Shown here one piece after another: positions 37,796-50,789 of a stretch of 64,000 nt of DNA. Below the pieces are notes generated by a model that did no database searches, was not told the origin of the DNA, and saw only the letters and a list, made by a program, of their open reading frames with translations. Source of the stretch: Chlorokybus atmophyticus. Lineage: Eukaryota; Plantae; Mesostigma and Chlorokybus algae. The stretch lies in assembly GCA_009103225.1 (NCBI GenBank), contig RHPI01003642.1, positions 156,451 to 220,450 on the forward strand, in the 5' to 3' direction. A program made the translations under genes and the position numbers. The stretch's first letter is position 1. Each line of letters opens with the position of its first letter.

Positions 37796-38827
37796 AGGTT
37801 GTAGAGGTACCAGATATATTTCCCATCCTTGAGTGGCATTGAGATACAGCAGTCAAATGTAACGAAGCCCGTGCATCTGCACAGGAGGCTTATCTAGCGA
37901 ACATCTCACGCAACAACCGGTTGCTGCACGCCCTGAAGTTCGGAGCGGGCACTGCCAGGCAAGCCGATGCTGTGCATCCCAGCGTGTTGTCTCTTGAACA
38001 TTTCAAGCAAGGCATCAATGGGTTTTTCTTGCATTCATTTTCTATTTGGCTTTCCAGTGCACCAGGCACGCCACGGCGGTCTCTGTCGGTAGAGGGCGGG
38101 GGAGGGAGTCCGCGGGTCATGCTGCACACGTCGAGGGCAAGGCTGCAGTCCTCCCCACGCGCGCAGACGGTCAGCGCCACAACATAGGCTTCTTGTCCTT
38201 GCACTCTGTGCCTGTTATTGCGCCATACTGCGTTGCTGCTCATATCAAGCTGCGTCTCTGTCATACTTACACACGAGGTGTATCGTGTGCTGACAGGAGT
38301 CACCAAGGTTGGAAGCCAGGAAGCCTGGCAGGGAACCCAGTCCCGAAGGGGCGCTGCCTGCCATTACCTGAGGCTGTGTTGGGGCTGAAAGCGAGTAATG
38401 GAAATCCTTCCTTGCAAGCATGTGCTTGTGTAGTTATAGGCGAGCTTGTTGTACAAAATGTGCCGCAGCAACAGGCACAGTACGCACTCCACCGGACGCT
38501 CCAGGGTGTCAATTGTACCAGCTTGGTGTCACTTCCGGCAGAGCACTGTGTTGCGATAGTTAACACAGGCCTACTATACAGCTATACCCGTGTTCAAGTA
38601 CGCAATAGAACCTGCTGTAGTTCCACTCACCTCTTAAGGGCATTCGTAACCATCAGTTGCTGGTTACGACTACTACTTCATGCACCTGTTGCAGCCCTAC
38701 AGACTGTGTGGCACATCACAAATGCTTATGAAGCACTGAGTAAAGGTCAACCCAATCTCCAACTGTGCAACATGGCGGTGCGCATCAAAGGCAACTAGTT
38801 CCACACGCATTTTAAAAACACAAAGCA

Positions 38828-39994
38828 CTAGTAATTGAACTGCAGTTTTTGCCAAGTTTTCTCCAGATAAGATGGGAGTGGAGCAACAACTGTCAACAGC
38901 TTGCCTCGTCTGCTGGGTATTGGCAGTGCCAACTCTGCCACTAGCTGCGGTGCCAGTGTCACAGATCTGCAGTGCAAATGCAGCTGCTGCGCCGTGACAC
39001 GCGGAGCACCCCCAGTTGCTTCGTACCCATACTTGAAGTCGCCAACAATGGGAGATGACAAGGCAGCTGCACAGTGCAACCGCAGCTGGTGCTTGCGGCC
39101 GGTGATTGGTGCCAGTTCCAGCCAGGTCAGGCCATTGGCAGCTGTACCCATGACTCGGTACTCCGTAATGGCTGACAGCGCATCAGGATGGCCCACTTCG
39201 CAGAGCGTCATTCTCTCGAAGTTGCCTCGCGTGCGAGCTGGACGCACCAGATTCACAATCCTCCCTGCAGACCGAGGCGGCAGCTGTGTGGTCAATGCCC
39301 AATACCGTTTGGTGATGTTGGCAAAGTTTTGGCTGTCCTTCAGTGCCGACGATACGACCTTGGCAGCTTGCTTTGTTCTTGCTAGAAGTAAACAACCCGT
39401 CACTTCGCGATCGAGCCGATGCACAAGTCTGGGCGGTTCGTCACTGTCGAAGCAGAGCGCTGGATTCATCAGCCGATCCAACGACTGCTGCACGCCTGTT
39501 CCCCCTTGCACGGCAAGTCCAGCAGGCTTGTTGATGACAAGGAGATCCTCAGACTTGAACAGCACCAACTCTTGCAACCATGTTGCTGGAGGCAGTGTCT
39601 GCGACGCTTCGCTTTTGCGCACCTGTTGTTGCTGCACCAGTTCCAGCGTGGCTCTTGGAATGCATAGACAGGTGTTGGCAGACAGAACTTCGTCTGCAGA
39701 CACGCGCCTTGTGGTGGTTCCATCGAGCACACTCACTTGGCGGCGTCTGAACAGCCTTTGCAAAGTGCCAAAAGACAACAATGGACAAGCTGACTTCAAC
39801 AACCGGAACGCGGTCTGGTCTGCCTGCACATGCTCATGCTCGCCTTCTACACGAAGAGGTACATACCACGAAGTCAGAGCTTCTGACTCAGTTCCTAACA
39901 ACGTTGATGCTTGAGAGCCAAAGCATGCAGCCAAGGTGTTGACTCTGCTCGAGCACGCCACTTGACGAACAGCTTGCAAGGCTGCACGCCTCAT
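38828..39994 (-). CDS. RluA/RluC-family 23S-type rRNA pseudouridine synthase, intronless, organelle-targeted
   Basis: INKPAGLAVQGG, PRLVHRLDREVTGCLLLART (catalytic D), KRYWAL, AITEYRV, LELAPITGRKHQLRLHCA, PIVGDFKYG, LHLHC. Arg/Ala/Ser-rich N-terminus MRRAALQAVRQVACSSR. Confidence 0.95.
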   Translation of the reverse strand: MRRAALQAVRQVACSSRVNTLAACFGSQASTLLGTESEALTSWYVPLRVEGEHEHVQADQTAFRLLKSACPLLSFGTLQRLFRRRQVSVLDGTTTRRVSADEVLSANTCLCIPRATLELVQQQQVRKSEASQTLPPATWLQELVLFKSEDLLVINKPAGLAVQGGTGVQQSLDRLMNPALCFDSDEPPRLVHRLDREVTGCLLLARTKQAAKVVSSALKDSQNFANITKRYWALTTQLPPRSAGRIVNLVRPARTRGNFERMTLCEVGHPDALSAITEYRVMGTAANGLTWLELAPITGRKHQLRLHCAAALSSPIVGDFKYGYEATGGAPRVTAQQLHLHCRSVTLAPQLVAELALPIPSRRGKLLTVVAPLPSYLEKTWQKLQFNY

Positions 39995-40002
39995 GACTGT
40001 GG

Positions 40003-41478
40003 TCACAACTTCTTGGCCACGACCACATTCAGGGCGAGGTCGTCACCAAAGCCTGGCACGGTGAAGGGTATTGGGTAACTGCCTGTCTTTGCTATCGGCT
40101 CTGATATGTTGAGCAGCCGTGCATCCAACTTAACAAGTAGTTGTTGTTGAACCTGCACAGGCAGCAAACACCTCTTGTTCTTGCATACTGCGACAATGCT
40201 GCAATGCAGATGTTCTCATACACTGCACGATGACATACCGCTGTGACAATGTCGTCAGCACTGATAGGCTTGCGCAACTCCAAACTTCCTTCCTCAGCTG
40301 CTTTTGAGCAGAACCGCCTCAGTTTCTGCAAAGGATGCACAAACTCAGCTGCTTCTCATGAGGCAAGTGTACAAGTACTCGGATCATCTGAGAGCAGGCT
40401 ATACCACGCTGCCAGTCGTCAAACGCAAAACAACTGCAGCAAGCTCGCGCTTTGCTTTCTGTTGCGCCTCATGTGCAAGCTGTGCTACTGTCTTCGCTAC
40501 AGGCTGAGAAGTCTGCAGCCACAACCAGCGAAACGTTAATTGACTGCCTTAGCTAGCAAGCGTGTTCATAAGATATTGCCACAGCGCCGAACCTTCAAGG
40601 CTGCTGCAGCTTGAAGGTTCTTCTCGGTACCCAAATTGACCACCCTACGTGGATACAAAAAGTTGCGTGCAAATCCAGGCGCGACCTTCACCACCTCACC
40701 CTTCTCACCCAGCTTCTTGAAGTCCTGCAATGAGCCAAGGTACTGCAGGTTAGCAGGCCGCACCAGGACAACTTCAATACGAGCTAGTCGTATACCTGCG
40801 TCAGTACGACCTTCAGCTGGGGATTTTCTCCAAAGCAGCGCACGTTGACTGCTGCTATACCTGGTATGAAGGTCGTAACGCCCTGCTCAACAACAACGTG
40901 GGCGTCAGTAAGTGCTGTGACACAATGCGCATGTATGTGCTTGAGCGCCTGCGTGGACGCGCTTACAATCACATCGTCTACATAATCAGTCTCCGCATCA
41001 ACCAGAACGCAGCTTGGCATGGCTGAGAAGTAGTGTGTACAAGCCAGAGCTACAGCCAGAACTACAATGCTTCAGTAAATCACAGCCAGGTTGTTAGGCG
41101 CCTGGCTGTCAGTTAGCAGTCACCACCATACCGTCTCGTATGGTCAGTCCTTTGCACGCTGTGTGACCTGCACCGAACATCATGTGCGCACGGGCTACCT
41201 TAATACTGCTGCAAGTACGTTGCATGGTGCTCAATATCAGGATGCGAGCGGGTAAACTGACCACATGCAACGGGCTTACAGCCGCTGGCAGTTACCATGC
41301 ATCGCTACATATACACGCACGAAAGCACACATAACGCAACTACATTGAATCTCAACGTTGGTGAAGCTGTTCAGCATGCTCTTCAGCAGTTTACCGAACA
41401 AAATACACTCCAAGCAGGCGCCGGCAGCAGTACCTGACGTCCCTTCCCGCCGAAGCCTTGCGCGACCTGCCGCCACAT
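40003..41478 (-). CDS. RPL9: Organellar (bacterial-type) ribosomal protein bL9, 6 exons
   Basis: LKVVLTQ|DFKKLGEKGEVVKVAPGFARNFLYP (L9 N-domain) and ISADDIVTAVQQQL...ISEPIAKTGSYPIP...LALNVVVAKKL* (C-domain). All six exons join in phase 0. First exon/start is the least certain. Confidence 0.9.
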
Positions 41479-42001
41479 GTAGAGAGCTGCGTCTGTACAG
41501 GGTAAAGCACCTGTTGCGTTGTGCCTGCAGCGAGCCCCACAACGATGCCACCGCCAACGACACCGCCAGCACCGTCTCCGCCGCCACCAGCGGTTCAACG
41601 CAATTGTCAGGCAGCGCCATCATAGACTAGCTGGCGTCGCGCAGTGCGGTGTCCTAGCAGAACTGCACTGGCGGGCATCGCACTGCGTCCATATTGCTGC
41701 TTCCCACCCAGCTGCTAAGTTTCAGCCAGCCTGACGCTTAGGCCAGGCCAGGCAGGCGGCGGCGTGAGCGGCTGCGGCAGGGCCGAGAGGCTGCCTGCGC
41801 TGAGGCATTGATCCACGTAGGAGTCTGTTCGGAAGCTTGCTGAAAACAGCGCGAAGGAGCTAGAACAGGAGGGCGTGATGATGTTGCTGCCTGCTTGAGA
41901 GGGCTGCAGTGCGTTGCGTCCTGCGTGAATGTCGTCCGTCTTGGGTGAGCTGCGAGGTTGCACAAGACGTGTGTCTCTGAGAAGCACTGCTTTGGGCGAC
42001 A

Positions 42002-45000
42002 ATGGGTCAAAACGAAGCATCCGGCGCAGCTGCTTTCACCCCTAACGACATTGGTCCCATCTTCAATCTGCTGCAGCAAGCGCTCAACCAGGATCAGCGA
42101 GTGCGCCAGCCTGCTTCAGAAGCCCTTGCATCATGCGAGGATCGTGCCGGCTTCTGCTCCTGCTTGCTGGTAGGTCGCAGTCTCGTTGATTCGCCTTTGT
42201 TTCACTGACATGCGCTATCTGGACGCATCCATAACAGCTGCGTTCCGGCATTAGTTGCGTTCGTGCCTCATGCATCCAAAAAGGGTTGGAATCGGTCTGT
42301 CACACCTCACATTGTGATCTGTTGACATGCATGTTGTCTGTGCTACCTGGCTGAAGCTTGAGAATGATATAGAGTGACCTTACGTGCTGCGTCCCAGGAA
42401 ATTGTGAGCCATGCGTCCACATCAAGCGACGAAAGCGCAAGGTGGCTGGCAGCCGTGCACTTGAAGAACTGCGTGATACGGCATTGGCGAATGCGCAGGG
42501 ATGGCAGGTGTGTACAACTCAGCAGCTGGTTTGCGTGTAGGCAAGTGAGGCTGACTGCTTGTGTGTCGTCTTTCGATTCCTTTGCCTGCCCGTGTCAGTG
42601 GAATTGGCGAAGGTGAGAAAGCTCATCTTCGTTCCAAGTTGCTTGATGTGTTGGGAGATCGCAACAGCCAGGTAGTAAACATAATGCTTACCATTGTCTA
42701 GTCATGTAGTCGTATGCATTGTTGTGCTTTGGTCACGCAATTGTTGTCGATCCATGCGCTATAACGCGACTCGCCTTGCAGATTGCAGTGCAACTAGCAA
42801 TAGTGGCCGCAAAGATTGCTCGATTTGACTTCCCACGTGATTGGTATGTAGCTCTACTCTGTTTTTCTATTGGTAGCCCCTGGCGTGACGTTGCAGGTTG
42901 TGCATCTTGCAAGAGGCCATGTGTGGTTGGTGGTTGAGTGCAACATTATGACACATGCGGACATATCATTTTGCTGTGCGTATATGCCAGGCCACAGCTG
43001 TTTCCAACACTCCTCAGCAAGCTGCAATCACCAGATGTGTTGCTCACAACTCGCATATACCTGGCACTGCACCATATCCTCAAGGAGCTGGCGTCAAAGA
43101 GATTGATGGCTGATCAACGACACTTTGCCCAGGTGAGGTTCCACAAACTGCTGGCTTTGGTGTGAATATGCTGTAGTCGCAGGTAACTCACACAGGAAGT
43201 TGCAGATTGCTTTACAGCTTTTTGACTTGGTTTGGTCACACTGGTGTGCGGATACACAACGAGTTGTATCTGCACTGCCGGCCATATCACAAGCCTCCAT
43301 GGAAAGCATTCCAAACGATGAGGCAGCTGCACTGTTGTTGGCATGTGAGCGATGGTTGCTGGCGCTAAAAGCTCTGCGGCGACTGTTGCTTTTTGGATAT
43401 GGTCAAGCGGATGGGCAAGCAGTGCAGGTACGTGCATGCCGCTAGGCTTGCACTAACATGTGCGTGCAACGCCCAGCATTGTTGACTTGATTCTGTCACA
43501 GTTGATGGGGCGTTTGTCAGCAATGGCAGCAGCATCCATCCCACAGGATGTACCACAAGTGGCAGTCACCGTTCCGGTCTTGCTGCAAGCACTACAGTCT
43601 CTGCTGCCATATTGTGAGTTAAGACTGCTGCTTGAAGAAGATATGACATTGTCTGTTGACCACGTGACCTACATGGACAGTCTGGCACGCACTTCAAAAA
43701 CATGAGCATATGTGAGACAGCCTGCACTGGGCAGCCACTGACTTGCAATGCTTGACAGGGCGTTCCATGCAGCAGAGCCAGCATGCTCTGCGATGGGTTA
43801 CAGAGCGTGGCAGCTTGAAGGTTATGAAGACTATGATTGACATACAGTTAACCCATCCCAGCTCATTTCGACATCAAGCCGTGATGCTGCCCGTGCTGGA
43901 CTTCTGCTACAATCAGATGTGCAGTGCTGAAGACATTGGTGGACCTGCCGTATTTGAACGACTCCTGATACAGTGCATGGTGTTTATCCAAAACGTTGTA
44001 AAGTGCCCAATTTATCGGCCAGGCACAGAAGGTCCTGGTTTGTATGGAGATGTTGGGCCAGCAGGGCGAACCCCTGAGATGGAACAGCAGAAGCGACTGA
44101 TTGCATCTGACGGGAAGTCAACCGTGGACGCCTTTCTCAACCAGGACCGCCTCATATCGCTATGCATCATCCTGGTAGAAAGGTGCGAAGCGTGTTGCAC
44201 ATGCATTCGTACTGGTGATTCGTCGGTGTTTCATCTAGCAATCAATGCGGTGATTGCGGTTTGTGAAATGTGAAAACAACTTAGGTACTTTACGCTCTCT
44301 GTTGCTGATCTAGAAGAGTGGGCTCAGCACCCAGAAGGGTTTCACCAAGAGCAAGACATCACGCACTGGAAGGACAGGCTTCGGCCATGTGCTGAAGCTT
44401 GTTTCTTGGTGTTGATGGAGAAGCACCGCGAGGTAATTGCCTGCATCTGCGTTCGTGTGTCCCTGTTCCTGTCCATGTAACCCATGGGTATGCTGCGCAG
44501 GTTCTTGCTCCCGTCACCACCTCGCACTTGCAGCAAGCTGTTGCAGCCTGCCCACCCTCTCAAAGTGATGATGCACACACATCTGGCCACATCTCTGCCG
44601 AGATGTTGCGGAAGGAAGCTTGGTACAATGCAGCGGGGATTGCCTCATCTGATCTCGCTGATGTCATTGACTTTGAAGCCTGGTACAAGAGTAGCCTTGC
44701 ACTCGAGCTAGCCAACAGGCAACCCAACGGAAGGATATTGAGGAGGCGGGTAGCTTGGCTCCTGGGTTGCTGGGTCAGCAAGATCACGGAAAGTATACGG
44801 CAGTCGGTGTACGCGTCCCTGGTTAACCTCATTGCAGAAGATGATGCCGTCGTGCAGCTCGCAGCCGTCGCGTCATTGCGTGCTGTAATAGACGATTGGC
44901 ACTTTTACGAGCAGTCGTTTTTACCATATGTTGAAACCTGCCTCGCCTACCTGTTTCGCATGCTGCACACTACCACCGAGTTTGACTCGCAGCTGCAAGT

Positions 45001-46621
45001 CTTCAACCTTGTCTCCCTGATTGTGGAGCGGCTTGCCGACAAGATAAGTCCCTACGCAGAAAAGATATTGGCGGCGATACCTGACGTTTGGCGTGAGTCG
45101 GAGGGACAAAGCCTGCTGCGCATTCAAGTCATCACCGCACTGCAGCGAGTGGTGTCTTCACTGGGCACTCAGTCACCCATGGCGTATCCCGTCTTGATGC
45201 CCATCCTGCAGCACAGCACCGATGTCAACCAGCCTGATGAGCTCAACCTGTTGGAGGACGGCATGCAGCTTTGGCAGGTCACGCTACGACAAGCATCCTC
45301 GTTGACAGCAGACTTGATGGCTCTGTTTCCGCATCTTCCAGCAGCGATCGAGCGCAGTTTTGAGCACCTGCAAGTTGCCATGCGCATCCTGGAAAGCTAC
45401 ATCCTGCTTGGTCGCTCAGAATTTCTTAACCAGCACGCACATGGAGTTGTTAACATTCTGGTGCATGTGGTGGGCAACGTCAAAGACAAAGGCATGGTTC
45501 TGACTTTGCCCATTATAGACACGCTCGTACAGTGCTTTCCTCAACAGGTCAGTCTGTAGCGCTATGTAAGCTGTCGCACTTGTCAAGGTATGACTAGCTC
45601 CTGTAAAAACCTTTTCAAGGTTATTCTTGAGCACTGGCCCAATGATCTGTTCATGGCAGTCACCACCGCTGCTGGAGCCAGTGCTTCACAAGCTGCTCAA
45701 GATGGTGTTGGATGGCTCACAATCTGAAGTCGTAGCTGCCGCGATCTGCTCAGTTTTGGCCAGAGTGTTGCTTCAGAACGCTGGTTTCTTCATGCAATTC
45801 ATCCAATCCCATGCAGCAAGTGTCACGACGCAAGATGGCAAACTCTTGACTGCACAAACACTGCTGTTCCAGTTTCTCAGTACCTCTCTTGAGAAGGTAA
45901 GTCATAGCTCGCAACTTAGTCTGGCAATATTTACATTCTTCACTACATTCAGATGGACTCCATGACCACCACGGCTAAGAGAAAACTCTGCGCCCTCGCC
46001 CTTTGTGTGTTGCTTCCCACACCTGATGCACAAATATTGGAGTACCTGGACCTGCTGCTCAGGTATGTTAGGCGGCTTGCGGTGTTCATGCGGGCGGCTT
46101 AGGGTTGCACGCTTTATAGAATCAGGGCCATTATTCTCCTGCTGTCAAATGCAGTGCGTGTACGAGCGTGTTGTGCGAGGTGGAGGGTGACAGACCAAAC
46201 ATGCAGAACGGGTAAGCCAGGATGTGCTTTTGTGGCTGTCAACCAGCAAGTGCTGCTTTTACTTACAACCGCCCTTTTCAGGTATGATTATTGGGTGACC
46301 CGAGTTGATACGGATGAGACAGACGCAAACCCTGCAGAAAGTGAGGTTGCACGCAGGCGTCAGGTGCGTTCAGCTCTATGTGTGCACTGTGCTGTGTATT
46401 CGTTGTTTTTGTTGCTGCTTGTGGCTGCGAAGCTCACTGCACCGCTGCAATCTCTCTCGCAGTTATTCAACTCGGACCCGATCAACAACCTTCGCCTTGG
46501 TGCCGTTCTGAAGGAGAAGCTGAGTGCCTGCGCATCCGTGCATGGTGAAGCCTTTCAAGCAGCCATGTCCAGGGTGGATCCGGCCATACTTGGTCAGTTG
46601 CAGCAGTTCGTTGGGTCATGA
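42002..46621 (+). CDS. IPO11: Importin-11 (KA120-like) karyopherin-beta, multi-exon
   Basis: IBN_N: LQQALNQDQRVRQPASEALASCEDRAGFCSCL, RWLAAVHLKNCVIRHWR; IAVQLAIVAAKIARFDFPRDW; RYFTLSVADLEEWAQHPEGF; RILRRRVAWLLGCW; RAVIDDWHF; DELNLLEDGMQLW. Confidence 0.93.
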
Positions 46622-47013
46622 GCACAGCATGGTGGGTGTTGTTTAGCGCGCATTAGGGTTAGATTATCTGCGATTGCTGATAGCGTGTGTGCATCGCCGC
46701 CTGACAGATTTGTGTTTGTAGCCGTGCACAATTGTGTGCCTGTACTATGTGGGAATTAGCACAGTTGAGCAAGGGTGTGACTGTGGAACATGTCACTACT
46801 TGTTCTGAGCAGCATTTCAGTGAACATTGTGTTTCTTGGTGTAGTTGGCCGGGTGTGATGCAACAAGACATCACTCAACTAGTTGTTTGGGATCTGCTGC
46901 TATACTTATATCGTCTGGCTTGTCTAAGCACATGCATGGCAACTCCGCAATCACAACACGCACATAATACCATTTGACCCAGGCGGGCACACACAACGCC
47001 GATGAACGCCCTG

Positions 47014-47967
47014 TCATTTGACTAGCCCATCTATGCTGAGCTCAGGCAGCACAGGCAGATGATTACATATGTCGGTTTGCCAGGTGCGACAACTTTGAGG
47101 AACTGCTGCCAGGTGTTTGGTAACAAAAAAGAAATTGATCCGCAAGGGCATGCCTGCAAGCTGCGAGAAATGTGCCACCACCACCTTGCCCGCAAACCTT
47201 CCAGGCATCAGCATACCTGCTCACCTCGCACAACTCTACAGCTGCGCTGCTATGCTCCTCCCACCCGTGACGTGCGGCCACCTCGCACAGCCCACGCCAC
47301 GCGCAGTCACTGAAGTCACCCCTTGACACGGCGTTGATGTCCCCGCACAACACAACATTACGCATTGGCATGTTGGAAGAAGAGCACAGCTGCGCGAACA
47401 CCGCACGTAGCTGCTCAACGCGTAGAGCCTCCGCCCTGTTGTCCAGATGTACCGCGCAGATATTGAGCGGCTCCTCAGCGTGCATGCAACAACACAACAT
47501 CATGCGCAGTTCGTGCCCTTCACGTGTCGGCAGTGGGTGCGATCGCATGTTGTCTATTGGGTAGCGGCTGAGCACCGCCATGCCGTGGTCCTCATTCCCA
47601 GGTGCAAACACTACCTGCACATAGCCAGACCAGCAATAGCTTAACCTGTCGCATGCAAGAAGTGGACTCACTCGCATCGGCTGCATGGATGTGAAGTGTG
47701 TTGATGTTGTCATTATACGGTGGTATCGGTGTAGTCAACACTGTGGCGCTGCCAGACTACACATAGCAGCGAGCAGTGTGCGTGCGTGTGCGCGCGGCTC
47801 TGACTCACCTGCCAGTTGAGCTGTTCTGCCACGCTGCGTGCAAGCTCTTCGGGCGTCATCTGCAGTGCAACAACATCGGTGCCAGCTTGCGCCAGAACCT
47901 CTGCCACGCCGCCACTCGTGCAAGCTTCGCTCTCCGCTCCGCAGAGGTTCCACGTCATCAACCTCAT
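47014..47967 (-). CDS. Endonuclease/exonuclease/phosphatase (EEP) family protein with altered catalytic residues; possible pseudogene
   Basis: RLMTWNL, DVVALQM, GMAVLSRYPI, AVHLD, VLCGDIN, DAW, then a frame change to LRINFFFV...CNHLPV. Needs a 37-nt intron (47161-47197) or a frameshift. Confidence 0.7.
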
Positions 47968-48038
47968 AGCTACCTACCATGCACATTAACGCCAAGTCGA
48001 GGGCCGGAGCAGAATAGACGCACCAATCAGCTGCGGGT

Positions 48039-48041
<3 letters not shown>

Positions 48042-48090
<49 letters not shown>
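48042..48090. repeat. (TC)n/(GA)n microsatellite, ~24 units
   Basis: Uninterrupted TC dinucleotide run. Confidence 0.95.
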
Positions 48091-48093
<3 letters not shown>

Positions 48094-48551
48094 CAGCTCC
48101 AGGCAGGAGCTGGCTGCTTGCTGTTAGGCCTAGCATTTGAAACATCTTCAACTTCAAATCTCAAACACTTCCGACAAAGCCATAGCCGTACAGCGCTGCG
48201 CTGCGATAACATCGTTGCACTTCTAACCAAAATGTCTGATATCGCCAATCTGGCGTAGAACGGGCTGAAGGCGGCGGCGGCGGCGGCGGTGGGCGGGCTA
48301 GCGGGCGGGGCGTCCTGCTGGAGGTAGCAAGAGTGCAGGGGACGTGCACGCGCAAGGGGCTGTCAGCGTAGGATCTTTGTTCATGACGGTAAGCACAAGG
48401 GCAACATTAGGGGTATCGCAGTGCTACGGTAGCGGCGGCGGCCGGGGCGTACTCATCGTTGGAATCGTCTTCGTCGCTGTATGAACGGCAAGGCAGCTGG
48501 CGGAAGCGCTGCAGAACGTAGTGTAGTTTGCATGCGTTCCTGGTGGCTTCA

Positions 48552-50586
48552 ATGTCCGCGGTGAGGGCGGAGCTGCTACGCAGCAATGGGGGGGCATCCG
48601 GGAGTGGGAGGGTTGGGAGCGAGCAGGGCGCTGATGCCAATGTGGAGGGTCCCAACTCATGGCTGCGGGAGGTTATCGCCAGCCTGCGGGTGGACATGCA
48701 CCCGTCGCACGCTGGCCCGCGCTTTGCTGCCGGGCTGCGGAGCCATCTCAACAAGCTGCTCATGCGGTGCGTCTTTCCTTTGCCCAACCGCTGTCTTGGT
48801 TCACATTGTTGCACACGGTGTGGTGTCTTTCACATTCAGACACCTCCTTAGGCTGTTTACATGGCAATGATGTGTGATTGCATGTACGCATTTGAAACGG
48901 CTGAGATGTGTTTTAAGTGCATGCATGCATTGAGCAGTACGCATGCGCATGTTTGCACAGCCAAAACAACTGATTCTCTTCACAATGTTATTGTCGGCAG
49001 AAGCTTGTGTAACAAATGGATACGTCTACGTATCAAGTTATTTGAGATCCGCAATGCAACCTGCTGCAGGCATCGTGATATACGATGGGTTACTGCTTCT
49101 TGCGTCAAAATCATGAGATAATGGGAGGCTATTGCTTTGATCTTGTTCAAGTGCATGCGCCCTTCTGCTTTAGTATGCCATGGTCTGGCCTGTTGAAGCG
49201 CTCATGGTCGAATCGCAGTGTTACAGCTGTACAAAGCTGCAGTGCTGCGGTTCGACCATGGTCTGTACAAAGCAGCTGGATTGCCTGCCAGTCAATGCTC
49301 AGCAGATAGGTTGCCAGTTAAAGGTTGTCTGGTTTTGTAACAATGGAACATGTCCTGGGTTGTCATCTCAGCAGTTGTAGCAATGCCCTTCGGTTGTTGT
49401 TGCCGCAGTGGTAGTTTTTCTTGTTTAAGCAGATGTCAAATTTCTGCCCACACTTGACGGGACAGGTTCAGCTGTTCTAGCAGCTACGTACTCACGAGCG
49501 CTGCATGGATTGTGTGCGCACGCACCCCCCACGTGCGGGTTGGGGGAAAAGATGGGTGGGAGTGGGGTATGTCCCTAGTGTTCATGTTCTCATGGCATGT
49601 ATCGCATGCAAGCATTGTCCGAGCAAGCACTTGTTTGCAACAGGTACAACAGCGGGCTTGGAGGGGTGGTGCTCGCCTACTTTGACGAGAAGCTGGCGAG
49701 CAAGGACATACCGCTGTTGCCGGGGATCAACCCGTACTTTCGGGTCCAGCTGACGGCTCGTGTCCTACTATTCACGCCCGTTGTCGGCAGCCGCCTTGGT
49801 ATGCTGCAGTGCATCTGGTCAAGCACATATGTGTGCATAGCATGTTGTCAAGTCCTGCATGAGCCCATTTGATCACAGCCGTTGCACATAGCTTGTCTGC
49901 TAAAAGCACTTTTGTTGTCTTTGCAGCTGGCAAGGTAATGACGGTACCTGCTGACTTCATTGGTCTACTTGTGTTGGGAGTCTTCAGCAGTACCATACCA
50001 GCCGACAGCATAAGGCCTTCGCTAAGATTCCATTCTGGAGCAGGTTGCTGGCAGGATCAGCAAGACAGCTTCCACCAATTTACAGAAGCCTCCGACGTGG
50101 TGTTTGTCGCTTCGCAGTATGTGGTCTGCTTGGATGCAGTTGTGCTCTCTAAGAATGCAGCAGTGACTCATGTTGTTTATCACCTTTTGCCAGAGTCAAT
50201 GTGGATGATGACTTTGTCCACATTATGGGGTCCCTGACCGAATCGCAAATCGGCAATATTACACATGCACCGCTGAAACTCAGTCACAAGGCTGCAGCAG
50301 TCAGGAGACAGTTGCCCAACATTAATGTGGCAAATGGCGACAGGTACATGTGTGGTGATCACTGTGCATGGAGTGCTCACGGTGAAGCTTTCCTGTTTGT
50401 TTCAGTTGTATTGCGTTGTTAATGTGGACGCCTTTGTTGGACAGTGGAGGACATGTGGCGAAGGTAGCAAAAGTGAAGCGGCAGAGGACAGCCAACGGCG
50501 AAAACAGTGAGATCTTGCAGACCCCTGCTATAGAGCCAAGTGGTGTCGAACACCCCAGTAAGAAGAGAAGGACAGCACCAATTTGA
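48552..50586 (+). CDS. RPA43: RNA polymerase I subunit RPA43-like (Rpb7 family), multi-exon
   Basis: LRVDMHPS...GLRSHLNKLLMR|YNSGLGGVVLAY...INPYFRVQLTARVLLFTP..G.RL|GKV...FIGLLVLGVFSSTI, then a basic C-terminal tail. Confidence 0.85.
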
Positions 50587-50789
50587 TCAGCCGCGACCAA
50601 GCCTGGCAGCTCACAATTGTTGAATGTGAAGTATGATCATGTTGCAACACAATGTAATCATTACAGAGTTGATTATGAAATACAGAGTTGATTATGAAAT
50701 GCAGACTGACAGTTATGTAGTCACTGCTTTCAGATATAGGTAACAGAAGCTTGCAACAGGCAACGCGATGTTGCGAGTCGCCAAATGTA

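Noticed and set aside
38046-38798. 250-aa plus-strand ORF
   Set aside because: Cys/His-rich intron-like composition, no motif, no consistent splice structure.
38901-39914. 337-aa plus-strand ORF
   Set aside because: Antisense shadow of the RluA-family CDS.
48407-48814. 135-aa minus-strand ORF
   Set aside because: Antisense to the RPA43 first exon in GC-rich sequence; no motif.
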